Of a DNA stretch of 64,000 bases, positions 45,887-60,031 are shown in pieces (the stretch's first letter is position 1; each line of letters opens with the position of its first letter). Under the pieces are notes generated by a model, which was not told where the DNA came from, made no database searches, and saw only the letters and a program-made list of their open reading frames with translations. The DNA is from Octopus sinensis (lineage: Eukaryota): assembly GCF_006345805.1 (NCBI RefSeq), contig NC_043000.1:4588001-4652000 (forward strand). The letters are read 5' to 3'. The position numbers and the translations under genes were made by a program.

Positions 45887-48800
45887 GTATGATATATATC
45901 TATAGATATCTAGAGATATGATATATATAGATATATAGAGATATGATAAGTACATCAACACCAACATCAAAATAAATATCAAATGGAAATTGTAGTTAAG
46001 ATTCACGTGCCGGTGGCACATAAAAAGCACCATACAAACGTGGCTGATGCCAGTGCCGCCTGACTCGTGTCCATGACACATAAGAAGCACGTACCGATCA
46101 TGGCTATTTGCCAGCCCCCTCTGGCCCCTGTGCCGGCGGCACGTAAAAAGCACTCACTACACTCACCAAGTGGTTCGCGTTAGGAAGGGCAACCAGCTGT
46201 AGAAACACTGCCTGATCAGACTGGGGCCTGGCACAGCCTCCTGGCTTCCCAGACCCCAACCAAACCGTCCAACCCATGCTAGCATGGAAAACGGACGTTA
46301 AACGATGATGATAATGATGTGTTTATCATAATTTCTCTGACATTAGCTCAGTACATCATAACCAGTAATATTACTAAATACAGCAGTCAAATCATCGAAA
46401 CCCTTATACTGGAAGCAGACAGGGTGAAGATTATCTACATGGAAGTCTAAACTCGACAGTAGCTGTCACACATCTAATGATACATACAAGACATACTTTA
46501 TATATACTGTATTTTAAGGAAACCTTTTTTTATCAAAAATTAAGGAGTTTCTTATACATGGATAGTATCATAATCCCTTACAAAACTATTTTTCAAAAAT
46601 TAGGGGTTCCTTATACATGTTAAAACATGGGAAATGTTAAAAAAATAATGAGAAATACATGGAAGAGCTTTGTATTATCTAAAGTCATTTATAGTCATTA
46701 TAACATTACATAACAACAGATGATGTAAGAAACTCTTGATAAAGGCCCACACAACACTGATCATATATCATTTATAGCATGTTGCGGGTTGCGGATCCGT
46801 GGAATAAGCTGCCGGACAAGATGGTGAAGATGCCGACGACCGCTCGGTTCAAAGTCTCCCTTGACCACAAGTGGCCTGAACTCTTTACATGAACACCACC
46901 CTGTACATAACTCCATGTCCCCCTACATGGCCTTGCTTTTTGCTTTTTGAGCCAAAAATTAACTAACTAACTAACTAACTATGTATTGTAGTATAATAGT
47001 TGAGGCCAAACCTTATATGTAAGCTATTGTGATGTAACACTGGACAAGGTACATAACTCTTTATACCTTAGCTCATCTCGAGTATTAAACAGGTTGTCCT
47101 TCTGCTTCAGGTAGAAAATCTATTTGAATATAAACCATTTCCTCAAAAAAAAAATAATAATAATAAAATAATGAAGTTAAATGAAAATAGGCTATATTTG
47201 ATTTGGTTGCAGAGTCTGACCTCGAGAACAAGCTGGAAGAAAACTCAATTTTTGATTTGCTAATTCATATTCATCACTCATTATGTTTTAATGTCTTGCC
47301 AATTAAATAAAGGAAGTTTTGAAATAAACCTGTTGTTTTGCTTAATCTGGTCCTGAATCATCTTCAGTCCTCATAAAATGGAAGAAACGGTCTCTGCAAG
47401 AAATCAAAAATAATTTACAAGAGAAATTTCATAACAGCTGTTGTAATAAGTTTAAGTGTCAAGGTAAAAAAATTATCTGAAACTGTATCATAATTAAGGA
47501 TCGGTTAAAATGAGTGGTCAGTAAATGATGGACAAAATCTTAGATAAATGAGTTAGCAGCAATCTTTGTTACAGCCATTTCTTTCAATGACCCAGGCTCT
47601 TTAAAAGGCTCTACTCTCCTCTAAAGTTTCATAAGAGATCAGACAAGAATCTAAAAAAATGAAGTCTGGGCTAGGAGTGGCTGTGTGGTAAGTAGCTTGC
47701 TTGCCAACCACATGGTTCCGGGTTCATTCCCACTGCATGGCACCTTGGGCAAGTGTCTTCTACTATAGCCTTGGGCTGACCAAAGCATTGTGAGTGGATT
47801 TGGTAGACGGAAACTGAAAGAAGCCTGTCATGTGTGTGTGTGTCTGTGTTTGTCCCCACCAACATCGCTTGACACCCAATGCTGGTGTGTTTACGTCCCC
47901 CATAACTTAGCAGTTCAGCAAAAGAGACCGATAGAATAAGTACTAGGTTTACGAAGAATAAGTCCTGGAGTCGATTTGCTCGACTAAAGGCAATGCTCCA
48001 GCATGGCTACAGTCAAATGACTGAAACAAGTAAAAGAGTAAAAGAGTATGTTTCTGTTGAAATACATTACTTTTACATCAGTTAATTTTGAAAATAATGG
48101 AACATTTTGTAAAATAGCTTTCTCATAATTAAGCTGGTGTTTGGAATGTAAATTAACATGAAATTTTAATGGAAAGTTTTAAATTAGATTTCTTTGAAAC
48201 AAGAAATTTATATCACAGGACTGGAGATAGTCTCAGGCAGGCTGGTATCAAAGGAGTTAACCCTTAACTCTTTAGTATTTAATCCAGCCATATCCAGCCC
48301 AAATATTCTGACTGTTTTATATTTAAACTGCCTTTATATTTAAAATGAAAGGCGGCAAGCTGGCAGAAACGTTAGCATGCCGGGCGAAATGCGTAGCCGT
48401 ATTTCGTCTGCCGTTACGTTCTGAGTTCAAATTCCGTCGAGGTCGACTTTGCCTTTCATCCTTTCGGGGTCAATAAATTAAGTACCAGTTACGCACTGGG
48501 ATCGATGTAATCGACTTAATCCGTTTGTCTGTCCTTGTTTGTTCCCTCTGTGTTTAGCCCCTTGTGGGTAGTAAAGAAATATATATTTAAACTGCCTAGA
48601 TCCAGCCTCTTGCACCTACCCTACAATGTCATTCTAAAAATATACAAATACACCAATGAAATCTTGAAGCTATAGGACAATATGTGATTAAGTCAGAAGA
48701 ATGTGAATAAAAAAGCAATACATTTGACAAAGAAATCTGAATGCGATAGGGTTAAAATAACAATTAAGAAAATAGAAAAATTACTAACTTTCCAGAGGAG

Positions 48801-50324
48801 TCAGGAAGTATATTGACAGTCCGTAAGCAGAGCTTTGTCTCTGATACAACCCACTTATATAGCTCTGATATGTGGCTACAGTCAACCTCAAGCCAAATTG
48901 ATCTGAAAATAAAAGATTTTTAATAACATTAACCCTTTTGTTACTGTATTTATTTTGAGATGCTCTGTGTTTCTTTCAATTACTTTAACTATAACAAAGA
49001 ATTTAGTAAAATAACTTAGTTATCATTCAGCTAGTGTTAGGAACATAAATGTGACTAAGGTTTGGCGGAAGATTTTAATTCAAAACTTCTGAAAACAAGA
49101 CATTTGTACTACAGAGCCAGAGGCGGTTTTGGCCGGGTTGGTAACGAAAGGGTCAAACTAATACAACACTTGAAAGAATGCTCTAGCAATAATTGGTTAA
49201 TCATGGTTGTCTTCTATACTCAACTGCATGAGGTACAAAATTGTACAGCTTTGTTTTCAATGATTATGTGTCCGATAAGTGGTGTAGACCAAGGTTTTTC
49301 CCCCTTTTTTCCTGATGTCTACTGCAAGACACATTTTACTGTCCCCTAACCAGTCATCACCTTGCATAAAACCACTTACTGCAATATTATTCTCCCCATC
49401 AGTTGAGGGGTCTTGTCTCACAAGTTACTTGGTCACCTCACTGGTGCTGGTGCCACATAAAGAATCACCCAGTACACCTTGTAAAGGGGTTGACATTAGG
49501 AAGGACATCTGGTCACAGAAATATGTCAAATATGTCAAAAAAATATGTCAAAGAAATACGTCAAATATGTCAAAGCAGATTGTAGAGCTTGGTGCAGTCT
49601 TCTGGCTTACCAGTTCCTGTCAAACCATCCAAATGATGCCAGTATGGAATGTAAATGTTAAATCATCATCATCATCGTTTAACATCCGCTTTCCATGCTA
49701 GCATGGGTTGGACGATTTGACTGAGGACTGGCAAACCAGATGACTGCACCAGGCTCCAATCTTGATCTAGCAGAGTTTCTACAGCTGGATGCCCTTCCTA
49801 ACGCCAACCACTCCGAAAGTGTAGTGAGTGCTTTTACGTGCCGCCGGCACGAGGGCCAGTCAGGCGGTACTGGCAACGGCCACGAAAAAATCGTGTTTTT
49901 CTTTTTTTTAAGCCCTCCAATGGACACCCAAGGGAGATAGAAATGGGGCAGATAAAAAAAACATGGATAAGATCCACAGAAACTGGGGAACTGGGAGAGG
50001 ACAACACCTGGGGACAACTGCAATCCATTGCCAAAGATCAAGACAGATGGCACACTCTTGTTGGTGCCCTATGATCCACATGGGGTCAAAGGAACTATTA
50101 ATGAATGAATACAAAAAAAAAGAAAAGCAAAATATTGCTTAACAGAATATTTATTAAATATAAGGCAGCGAGCTGGCAGAGACGTTAGCACGCAGGGCAA
50201 AATACTTAGTAGTATTTCATCTGCCATTACGTTCTTTGGAAACATCAGATCCTATCAAATCATCCAACCCACGCCAGCATGGAACAGGAATATTAAATGA
50301 TGATAATAATGACTCTCTTCATCA

Positions 50325-50888
50325 TATATTAATGAGCCAAACGCCCCCCCCCTGTTCAATGGACGGTGCTGAGTTGTCAAACATTTAAACAAATTTTCTC
50401 AAAACTTTTCATTAAAAAATAATTAAGCATGCCTTTATTTCAACGAAATTTTTGGTTTTCTTAAACGAAGTTAAGGTAAAAAAAAAACTTCTTGAGAAAC
50501 CAAATAGTCTTTCCTTCCTTCATGCCAAGTTTGAAGAAAATATCTCTTTTGCATCTTACTTTTTTGGTCTCTTAAATATACTGCATTTTGTAGCATTATT
50601 TCAAGCCAGCCAGCTTTTTTTGCGCAAATTGCACGTGCATTTTTCTTGCGTACACATAGTATCGATTGCAACAGCTGATGCATTTGCATATACAAATGCA
50701 CATTCCCACGGCTTTCTCAATTGCATTCTCACCTGGAATCGATTTTTGTAACTTTTTCAAAACTTATACACACCCTGATACCATCAGTATCTACACATCA
50801 AATTTGAGCGCAATCGGATGGAGGATGCCCGAGATCCTAGAAGACACACAGACACACAGACAGACAGAACAGATTTTATATAATAGAT
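50325..50888 (+). mobile_element. Copy 2 of the HINE-like element
   Basis: Collinear with 16826-17391. Confidence 0.5.
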
Positions 50889-52675
50889 GTTGCTGGTGTC
50901 AATACTGATCTAGTAATACTTTGATCAAACATGTTCCTACATGAAACTCCTACATGTTTCTTTGATTCCTTTTTGCTTCTATTGTTGCCTATTTGTAGAA
51001 ATAGTGTACCTAGGATTAAATTATCCAATGTATTTTTAATTTTAATTTTAATTTTTCTTATTTCTAAGCATATTTTTTTCCAGACAGTGAGAAGTGATTT
51101 GAGACAGATTTTGACAACTATCCCCCCCCCCCACCTCTCTCTCTCTCTCTCTTTCATATGCTTCAATACATTATCCCTTTTATCTATTTCTCTAAATTTT
51201 CACCAGTCAGATCAAAGCACAGAGGAAAGTCTGGGGGATATCCAATTCACCTCTGATGTGCCACTCAATCATCAGAACTGGATGTAGGGGCTAAAAACCA
51301 ATCAAGCCATCTAAGTAGCTGGTTTCCTCTGATGTTTTCCTCAAGGTAGCTGATGCCAGCAAGAGAACAACACACATTCCTTCAACTGATTATTATATAG
51401 AGTAAAGACCCCCTTCGATCATGAATGATCATGGGATTGCACCTAGAAAGTTCCCCTCTGAGACACAAGTCTGGGAAAGGTTATTTATAGAAAACCAGCA
51501 ATTGCCCATGCATACCAACCTCCCTTCTCCATGCCAACAAAGTTATCCAAAGGGAAAGCAAAGGGGCCAATACAGCTTGGCACCCGTGACGTCACAACTC
51601 ATTTCTACGGCTGAGTGAACTGAAGCAATGTGAAATAAAACAGCTTGTCCAAGAACACAATACGCAGCCCGGTCCGGGAATCGAACTCACTACTCCATGA
51701 TTGTGAGCCAGACACTCTAACCACTGAGCCATGCACCCTCAAATTGTTATGTATTCTTTTACTCATTTCAGTCATTTGACTGTGGCCATGCTGGAGCACC
51801 ACCTTTAGTCGAGGAAATTGACCCCAGGACTTAATCTTTGTAAGCCTAGTACTTATTCTATCGGTCTCTTTTGCCGAACTGCTAAGTTATGGGGACACAA
51901 ACACACCAGCATTGGTTGTCAAACAATGTTGGGGTGACAAACAGACACACAAACATATGCACACACACATATATATATACATATATATAAACGACAGGCT
52001 TCTTTCAGTTTCCGTCTACCAGATCCACTCGCAGGCTTTGGTCGGCCCGAGGCTATAGTAGAAGACACTTGCCCAAAGTGCCATGCAGCAGGACTGAACC
52101 TGGAACCATGTAGTTCATAAGCAAGCTACTTACCACACAGCTAATTTATTCATATGTTCTTCTGCTTCTTCCATTTTGTCTGCCGGTACCATGAGGCAGT
52201 CTGGAAAGCCTTTTCAGATATTTCTCTGCTGTGAGGAAGAGGAAGGGTACAATCAAGGGATGAATGGAATCCAACTGTGACCACCCATGCCTAAGGACAT
52301 TCTCTTCTTTGTTTCTGTTAATGCTTACCATAATTGGAAAATTGTTCTGTGTTTCATAATAATAATAATAATAATAATGAAATTATTGTATACAGTGCTC
52401 AGGTGCACCACAACTTGTCACAAGAGCATATAAAGCATATGCAGTAATGTACAAATGTCTGGAAAGCGAACAATGTATGAGTCAGATACATGCTTGCGTG
52501 TGTATGGAGGGGAGGAGATCAGGTGTAGTGTTGGCGAATCTCAGGAAGCATGGAAGTTTTGAAGGATGCAGTGCTCCGACAACTAACAACTGATGCCGGC
52601 AGTTTGTTCCATGCTTCAGCAACTCTCAGCGTGAAAAAATGTTTCCTGAAGTCATGGGAGCTGTGCTGTTTTCTT

Positions 52676-53291
52676 GCGGAATTCTGTTCTTGATTCGACG
52701 GTCATTCGGAATGCTCACAGCAGCCATATTCCTACCACTCTATGTCACGCTGGTGAGACCCATATTGGAGTATGGGATTCAAGCCTCTTCCCCTTATCTC
52801 CTCAAAGACATACAGCATCTCGAAAGAGTCCAGAAGCTGGCTACCCGCATGGTTCATGGTCTCAAAAATTTGTCCTACGAAGAAAGGCTGAGGACGCTCG
52901 ACCTTTATTCTCTTGAAAAACGCCGCCGCCGTAGTGATCTCATTCTCGCCCACAACATCATAAGCGGAAAGTGTAACCTCTCGAAAGAGCTGTTCTTCAC
53001 TCCTGCTCCAGAGCGTCGGCTGCGGGGTCATTCCGAAAAGCTCTACCTGCGACGATTTCATCTCAATCGAAGGAGAGGAGCTTTCTCCGTCCGGGTTGCG
53101 GATCCGTGGAACAAGCTGCCAGACGAGATGGTAAAGATGCCAACGACCGCTTTGTTCAAAGCCTCCCTGGACCTCAAGTGGCCTGAACTCTTTACATGAA
53201 CACTACCCTGTACTTAACTCCATGTCCCCCTACATGGCCTTGCTATTTGCTTTTGAGCCAAATTAACTAACTAACTAACTAACTAACTAAC
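52676..53291 (+). mobile_element. Copy 2 of the nested CR1-like LINE
   Basis: ORF 52639-53199 has the same translation as 19136-19696. Confidence 0.93.
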
Positions 53292-53779
53292 ATGTCCACG
53301 GGTGTTAGATGGGTGGAGTTTTAGAGATTCTGGCTTGTACATCAAAGATGTGTGAGATAAACTCTTACATCAACTACGAAATCAACTCAGTTACTAGTGT
53401 AGAATTCTGTCCAACATACAAAAACATTTAATGACGAAAACACTAATCAGTCAACTTACAATTTCACTTCTGGTAAAAGAGTTTTCATATCTTTATCGTT
53501 GACTTATACGGTGGGTGACTGACAAGGAAGTCAAAGGGAGAGAACTCCTTCAGTCTCTCCGCCTGCATCACAAAACAAGATTGAGAAGACAGGAACAAAA
53601 CATTGCTTATTTTTGCATTCTTCTACTAGTTTGCTATTGCACTGCGGCCATGCTGGAGCACAACCTTCAAATGTTTTTAGCCGGTCATATCTACCCGAAT
53701 ATTTATTTCTGTCCGGTATTTATTTGATCGATCTCTGTCTATAACACTGCTAAATTACGTTTTGGTATAACTGGAAGCA

Positions 53780-53825
<46 letters not shown>

Positions 53826-56800
53826 GTTTCAAATTTTGCCACAAGGGCAGCAGTTTTGGGAAGGGGATGAATTGATTACATCAACCCCCAGTACTCAACT
53901 GGTACTTAATTTATCGACCCTGAAAAGATGAAAGGCAAAGTCCACCTCAGCAGAATTTGAACTCAGAACGTAGTGACAGACGAAATACTGCTAAGTGTTT
54001 CGTCCAGTGAATAACGATTCTGCCAGCTCACTGTCTTAATAATAATAATCACTGTGACCGACCAGGCTATCAGATGTTGCTACACATCGCTGGTCACAAT
54101 GCGCTTCGCATTGTTTTAGCCTTCAAATGACGCCACCCCGCAGCTAAGCGAGCAGGCCAACAGAAGAAAGAGTGAGAGAAAGTTGTGGCGAAAGAGTACA
54201 GCAGGGATTGCCACCACCCCCTGCCGGAGCCTCGTGGAGTATTACGTGTTTTCGCTCAATAAACATTCACAATGCCCGGTCTGGGAATCGAAACCATGAT
54301 CCTACAACCGCGAGTCTGCTGCCCTAACCACTGGGCTATTGCGCCTCCAATAATGATAATGATAAACTTTTTGTATCCAATGTTCCTGTGCAGTAAAACT
54401 TGTAAAAGTAAACGAGGAGACAGAAAACAATCGTAAATCAAGTAAAGAAAGTAAGCAACGAAATTTAAAAAGTTCATGCTCAGTAGGAGTGGCTGTGTGG
54501 TAAGTAGCTTGCTTACCAACCACATGGTTCTGGGTTAAGTCCCACTGCATGGCACCTTGGGCAAGTGTCTTTTCCTATAGCCTCGGTCCGACCAAAGCCT
54601 TGTGAGTGGATTTGGTAGGTGGAAACTGAAAGAAGCCCTCTAACCACCAAAGCTTTCCTCAATCCATCCATCCACACAAAATGAATTGAAACAAAGGCAG
54701 CGTATTTCAAGAGAAATTTGGTGACAAAAGGGTCAGAAGTGAACGATGCTAAGACACCTTCAAAACTTGCCCAAAGAGACATACAGGGAGATTGGAACTA
54801 AGCCGATATGGGTAGTGCCCCTCCAAAAATTAACAAAAAGTCACATAGAAATTGTGGAAACCTTATCACATGTATGTATGTGAGAGAGGGAGAGAGAGAC
54901 AGAGGGAGAGAGAGAGAGAGAACTTGAGAATGAGAGCATGAGAGAGAGAGAGAGAGAGCATGAGGGAGAGAGCGGGAGAGAGAGCATGAGAGAGAGAGAG
55001 AGCATAAGAGAGGGAGAGAGAGAGAGAGAGAGAGAGGAGAGCATGAGGGAGAGAGCGTGAGAAAGAGCATGAGAGAGAGAGAGAGAGCATGAGAGAGAGA
55101 GCGTGTACGAGTGTGCGTGCGCGAGCAAGTGAGAGACAGACAGGGATGCAAGCAGACACAGTGTGTGTAGTCAAATCAACGCATCCAAGATACCTTGCGA
55201 CATTTATGTCTAAGTTGCCTCCCCTTATCGCCCCAGTTGCTTCCCCTAACAAGTAATGATTTCCGTCTTTTGGACTGACCATAAATAACTAAATAAATAA
55301 ATAAATACAGACGATCTACTGAAGTAAATATTAAAGTAAAACATTCGAAAACGGTACTGCAGCAGGCCATTGTATTTGCTTATTTGACTTAACTGTTGTT
55401 CGCCATGTCTCAGCCCCATACAATAACACTGCTTTTACGTTATATATATGCTTATACAGCAGACCCAAAATTGCCACCCCCATAAAAACTGCTTCCATTG
55501 CCTCATCCCAGACACAGCTATGCTACTTAATCAAATTTTAGTGACCATCTTTCCCTCACTGAACTCCTTTTGCTGATAGTACCTTTGTACATGGCATGCA
55601 CAAGCTTCCAAATGTTATTTATCTACACCTAGTTTTCTCAACCACCACCAAACTATTGAATGGGACAACCTGTGAGAGACCACCTTTAGATCAACAAATA
55701 CTAACTACAGTAGCTTGTTTTAGCTAAGAACTCCCATAGTGAGCTGCATCACTAGAAGAGCACTGGTGATACTCACTCCAGGCAGAAACCCAAACTTCAT
55801 CTCATCTAAACTAATAATCTTTCTAATCCAGTTATTTTCACAACTTAACCCCTATCAATTTGATGCTTCTTTAGTTGATTCTTTCCACAAATGTTTGTAT
55901 GTATGTTTCTCATGCCTTACTAACTACTTCTAAATGGTGCATGATTGGGGGGAGGGGGGGGGGAACTATTTTCATTTTCAGACTCCCCATATCTCAAAGC
56001 ATATAATACTACACTTTTCATGGAAAACTGGGGAGGTTGGAACACTCAGAAATTCACCCCACTTCAACCTCAGGGGGGGTGTTCATAGACTAGTTTCCTA
56101 GTCACCTTTTGCCACTGTATGACACCTCCTGTCCTACCTGTCTGACTCTGTAAGTAATGAGCATATGTCCTACATCACCAAATACTTTCAGCTTTTGGTG
56201 TCTATCTCTGATAGTCCAGCTACTTTGTTTGCCTTCTTCATATCCTTTATCATATTTTCAACCATAGCATTAAACCTAATTCTTAGTTCTGGAAACCAAA
56301 CAGTATTCTCAGTATGAGCACTGGTTTATGAGGAAACTCACTGAGGGAAAGAAAGAGTAAATATTTATAGAGTTCTATAGAAGAAATCTTACAAACTAAG
56401 AAAAACAATGTGGAAATTGTTAAGCTTGAAAATACAATAGAGTCATACATACATTCATTTCATTAGTTATATAACTAAATAAAGCCAGAGAGGCTGTGTG
56501 ATAAGTAGCTTGCTTACCAACCACAAGGTTCCAGGTTCAATCCCACTGTGTGGCACCTTGGGCAAGTGTCTTCTACTATAGCCTCGGGCTGACCAAAGCC
56601 TTGTGAGTGGATTTAGTAGACGGAAACTGAAAGAAGCCGGTCGTATATATGTATGTATGTATATATATATAAAATACAAAATGGGACAAGAACGCAAAAC
56701 ATCCAAATAGAAAATACAAAAAACACAGACAGGTCATTCAAAGCCTTTAATCTTCAGTCAAGAACCGGATCATCCTCGCAATTTCGGCTGATATATATAT

Positions 56801-57548
56801 GTATGTATGTGTGTGTATATGTTTGTGTGTCTGTGTTTGTCCCCCCAACATCGCTTGACAACCGATGCTGGTGTGTTTACATCCCTGTAACTTAGCGGTT
56901 CGGCAAAAGAAACCGATAGAATAAGTACTAGGCTTACAAAGAATAAGTCCTGGGGTCGATTTGCTCGACTAAAAGGTTGTGCACCAGCATGGCCACAGTC
57001 AAATGACTGAAACAACTAAAAGAGTAAAGAGAGAGTACTGTACTGTATATTTTTTTTTATTATTTCTATAATTTGTATATATTTATTCTATTATAACTGC
57101 AAAACAACCCCATGGAGGAACTGACGTAAGCCTAAATAAAAAACTGTGATCGGTGAACCGTGATATGACAAGAGATTACTGTAACCATTTTTTTCAACGT
57201 GTTAATGCTTCTGTCAGTTCATGTATTTAGTAAGCTTATCCTTTAGGTGTGGAGGCACATGGCTTAGTGGTTAGGGTGTTGGACTCGTGATCATAAGATT
57301 GTGGTTTCGATTCCTGGACCAGGTGATTCAAAACATTACATTTCCCATTGTTCCTGTCCACTCAACTGGCAAAAATGAATAATCCTGTGGCAGACTGGCA
57401 ACCCATCCAGGGGGGGAATATATACGCTGTGGCAACCAGCCCTATGTGTCCATATCTCTCAAGAAGGAACTTTATTTATTTTATTTTTTAGTTGCATAAC
57501 GTTAGGGCCTTGTGGTTAAACCATGACACATTTTGGTAGTTTGAGGTG

Positions 57549-57579
<31 letters not shown>

Positions 57580-58790
57580 AATTATTGTATACAGTGCTCA
57601 GGTGCACCACAACTTGTCAGAAAGTGCATATAAAGTACATGCAGTAATGTAGAAATGTCTGGAAAGTGAACAGAGTATGAGTCAGATACATGCTTGTGTG
57701 TGTATGGAGGGGAGGAAATCAGGTGTAGTGTTGGCGAATCTCAGGAAGCATTGAAGTTTTGAAGGATGCAGTGCTCCAACAACTAACAACCGATGCAGGC
57801 AGTTTGTTCCATGCTTCAGCAACTCTCAGCGTGAAAAAATGTTTCCTGAAGTCATGGGAGCTGTGCTGTTTTCTTACTTTGTAAATATGTCCACGGGTGT
57901 TAGATGGGTGGAGTTTGAAGAGGTACTCAGTGTTATTGTTTGTGTGATAGATGAACTGACAAGCTATGTTATAGTTATGACACATCAGGATTTGCTTATT
58001 ACTCTTTTGCAAGATGCTAAAAGACAATATATTTCTTTACTACCCACAAGGAGCTAAACACGGAGGGGACAAACAAGAACAGACAAATGGATTAAGTCGA
58101 TTACATCGACCCCAGTGCGTAACTGATACTTAATTTATCGACCCCAAAATGGATGAAAGGCAAAGTCGACCTCGGCGGAATTTGAACTCGGAACGTAACG
58201 ACAGACAAAATACGACTACGCATTTCGCCTGGTGTGCTGACATTTCTGCCAGCTCACTGCCTTTTGCTAAATGACAATAGCAGAAAACCTCCTATTAAGA
58301 TGTAATGAAGATTATGGATAGCACAATTCATTAGCATAATAGAAGATGGTTGATGGTCTGTCATTAATTATTAAAGAGCAAATAGAACACACACAGATAT
58401 ATTAGACTTCAACTAGAGAAAGGTCATTTGATTGATTAGTATAAACTCCCTCCCATTTCTGATCCTCCGTCTCCTCTCCTTACTTTTTCTCCCTCTATTG
58501 TATTGGCCCCTGTTCCTCAGAGTGAACTTTTCATATGTCTCCTCCATTCCTGGTTATTCCTCACCTCTGCTCACCATCCTTGTTGTAAGAATGTGTATAA
58601 GGTTTTTGCTGTATGGTAAGAAGCTTGCTTCCCAACCATGTGGTTCCAGGTTCAGTTTCACTGCTACAATCGTATGCATGTGTGAACTATTGTCTTGACA
58701 TTGTGCAATGATTGCAATTAAGTTAAGCATCATTTGTTTTCATTCTTCCACAAAAAATACATCATGCAATAGTTGTGACTGTCACTGTCA

Positions 58791-59289
58791 TACTGCAAAT
58801 CCTCAAGTATAATACACAGGGGATTTTTAGGGGGCTGTACCTCTGAAAAACCTAAACCTTGTGTATAATATGCACCCCTTCTCTAACTTGAGTCAAGGAG
58901 GTCTATATAACGTCCTTGGTTTGTAAAACTGTATATGTTAATGTCCTTTATTATTATTGTGTATATAACATAATGCAAACGTGTAGCTTTTTTGTGCATT
59001 TTGTTTGCAGAAAATGAAGAAATAACAGTAATAACGTTTAATAAACGTTGCTTACTGCAAGTTATGGATGATTCTTTTATGACTTCATTGCTTTCAGGCT
59101 TAGCTTAAGGTATTTTTGCACCCGACATCACAAAATGCGTCGGAATAAACATTGCCGGACAGCAAATACAGACTCGGACATTGCTTAGAAAATAATTTTC
59201 GTTTTTAACCTCGTATATAGTATGCACTAGGGATTTTGACCATTAAATTTTGGCGTAAAAATGCAGATTATACTCGAGGATTTACGGTA
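58791..59289. mobile_element. Copy 2 of the Tc1/pogo MITE
   Basis: Same TIRs and TA TSD. Confidence 0.85.
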
Positions 59290-59315
59290 TACATTTCCAA
59301 TATTCTGCAAAAACA

Positions 59316-59744
59316 TGTCTGACCATGAGCATTCAAGGAAACCAGCTGGATCTGCCACAAACAATGTCAGATTTTCCACAATGTGATCAACCTGGTGTGC
59401 TTTGGATCAGCTATCAAAAGACATGGCAGTCACCAAGCAAAAACCTTTGTCGTGCCAAGTTCATTGTGCAGAATATTCTCAACTCTCACAGGATATGCCA
59501 ATAGCATTGTCTATTTGATTTATAGTCAATCTCCTGTCAGCCATCACCATATGACGAACACAATCACTGTTTTTCTTGGTAGTGGCAAGACTCTCCCCTC
59601 CTCTCCTAAATTCAATGCCCACTTTTGTATTGTTGATAAAGCTGGAGTATCATCCCTTAATGTAGCAACCATGCCAGCATGGGGAATAAAGCCATTTTTT
59701 TTTGTAGGTATTTGATAACACCAAGATGCCAAACTTTTGTCCAT
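59316..59744 (-). pseudogene. Copy 2 of the second mariner relic
   Basis: ORF 59544-59750 is identical to 26028-26234. Confidence 0.85.
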
Positions 59745-59962
59745 TTTCAAGAGAAGTAGCTACAAGTTACTTTTGAAGTCTTCCTTGAACAGTCATATGT
59801 CAATTTATCTGAAAAGAAACAATGCAGATATTAATAAGAAGGGTTAAAATCAATGCATGCAAGATTTCACAGCTCTAGTATCACCATTTCATAGTCAACT
59901 TATGAACTTTTCAGTCAACCCTTCTACTACAGCCTCAGACTGACGAAAGCCTTGTGAGTAGA

Positions 59963-60031
59963 TTTCCTCATTGACCACCAGATAAGGGATCGGGGTACCC
60001 TGTCGAAGGCTTTCTCCATATCAACAAAAGC
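59963..60031 (-). mobile_element. Copy 2 of the RTE RT fragment
   Basis: AFVDMEKAFDRVPRSLIWWSMRK. Confidence 0.85.
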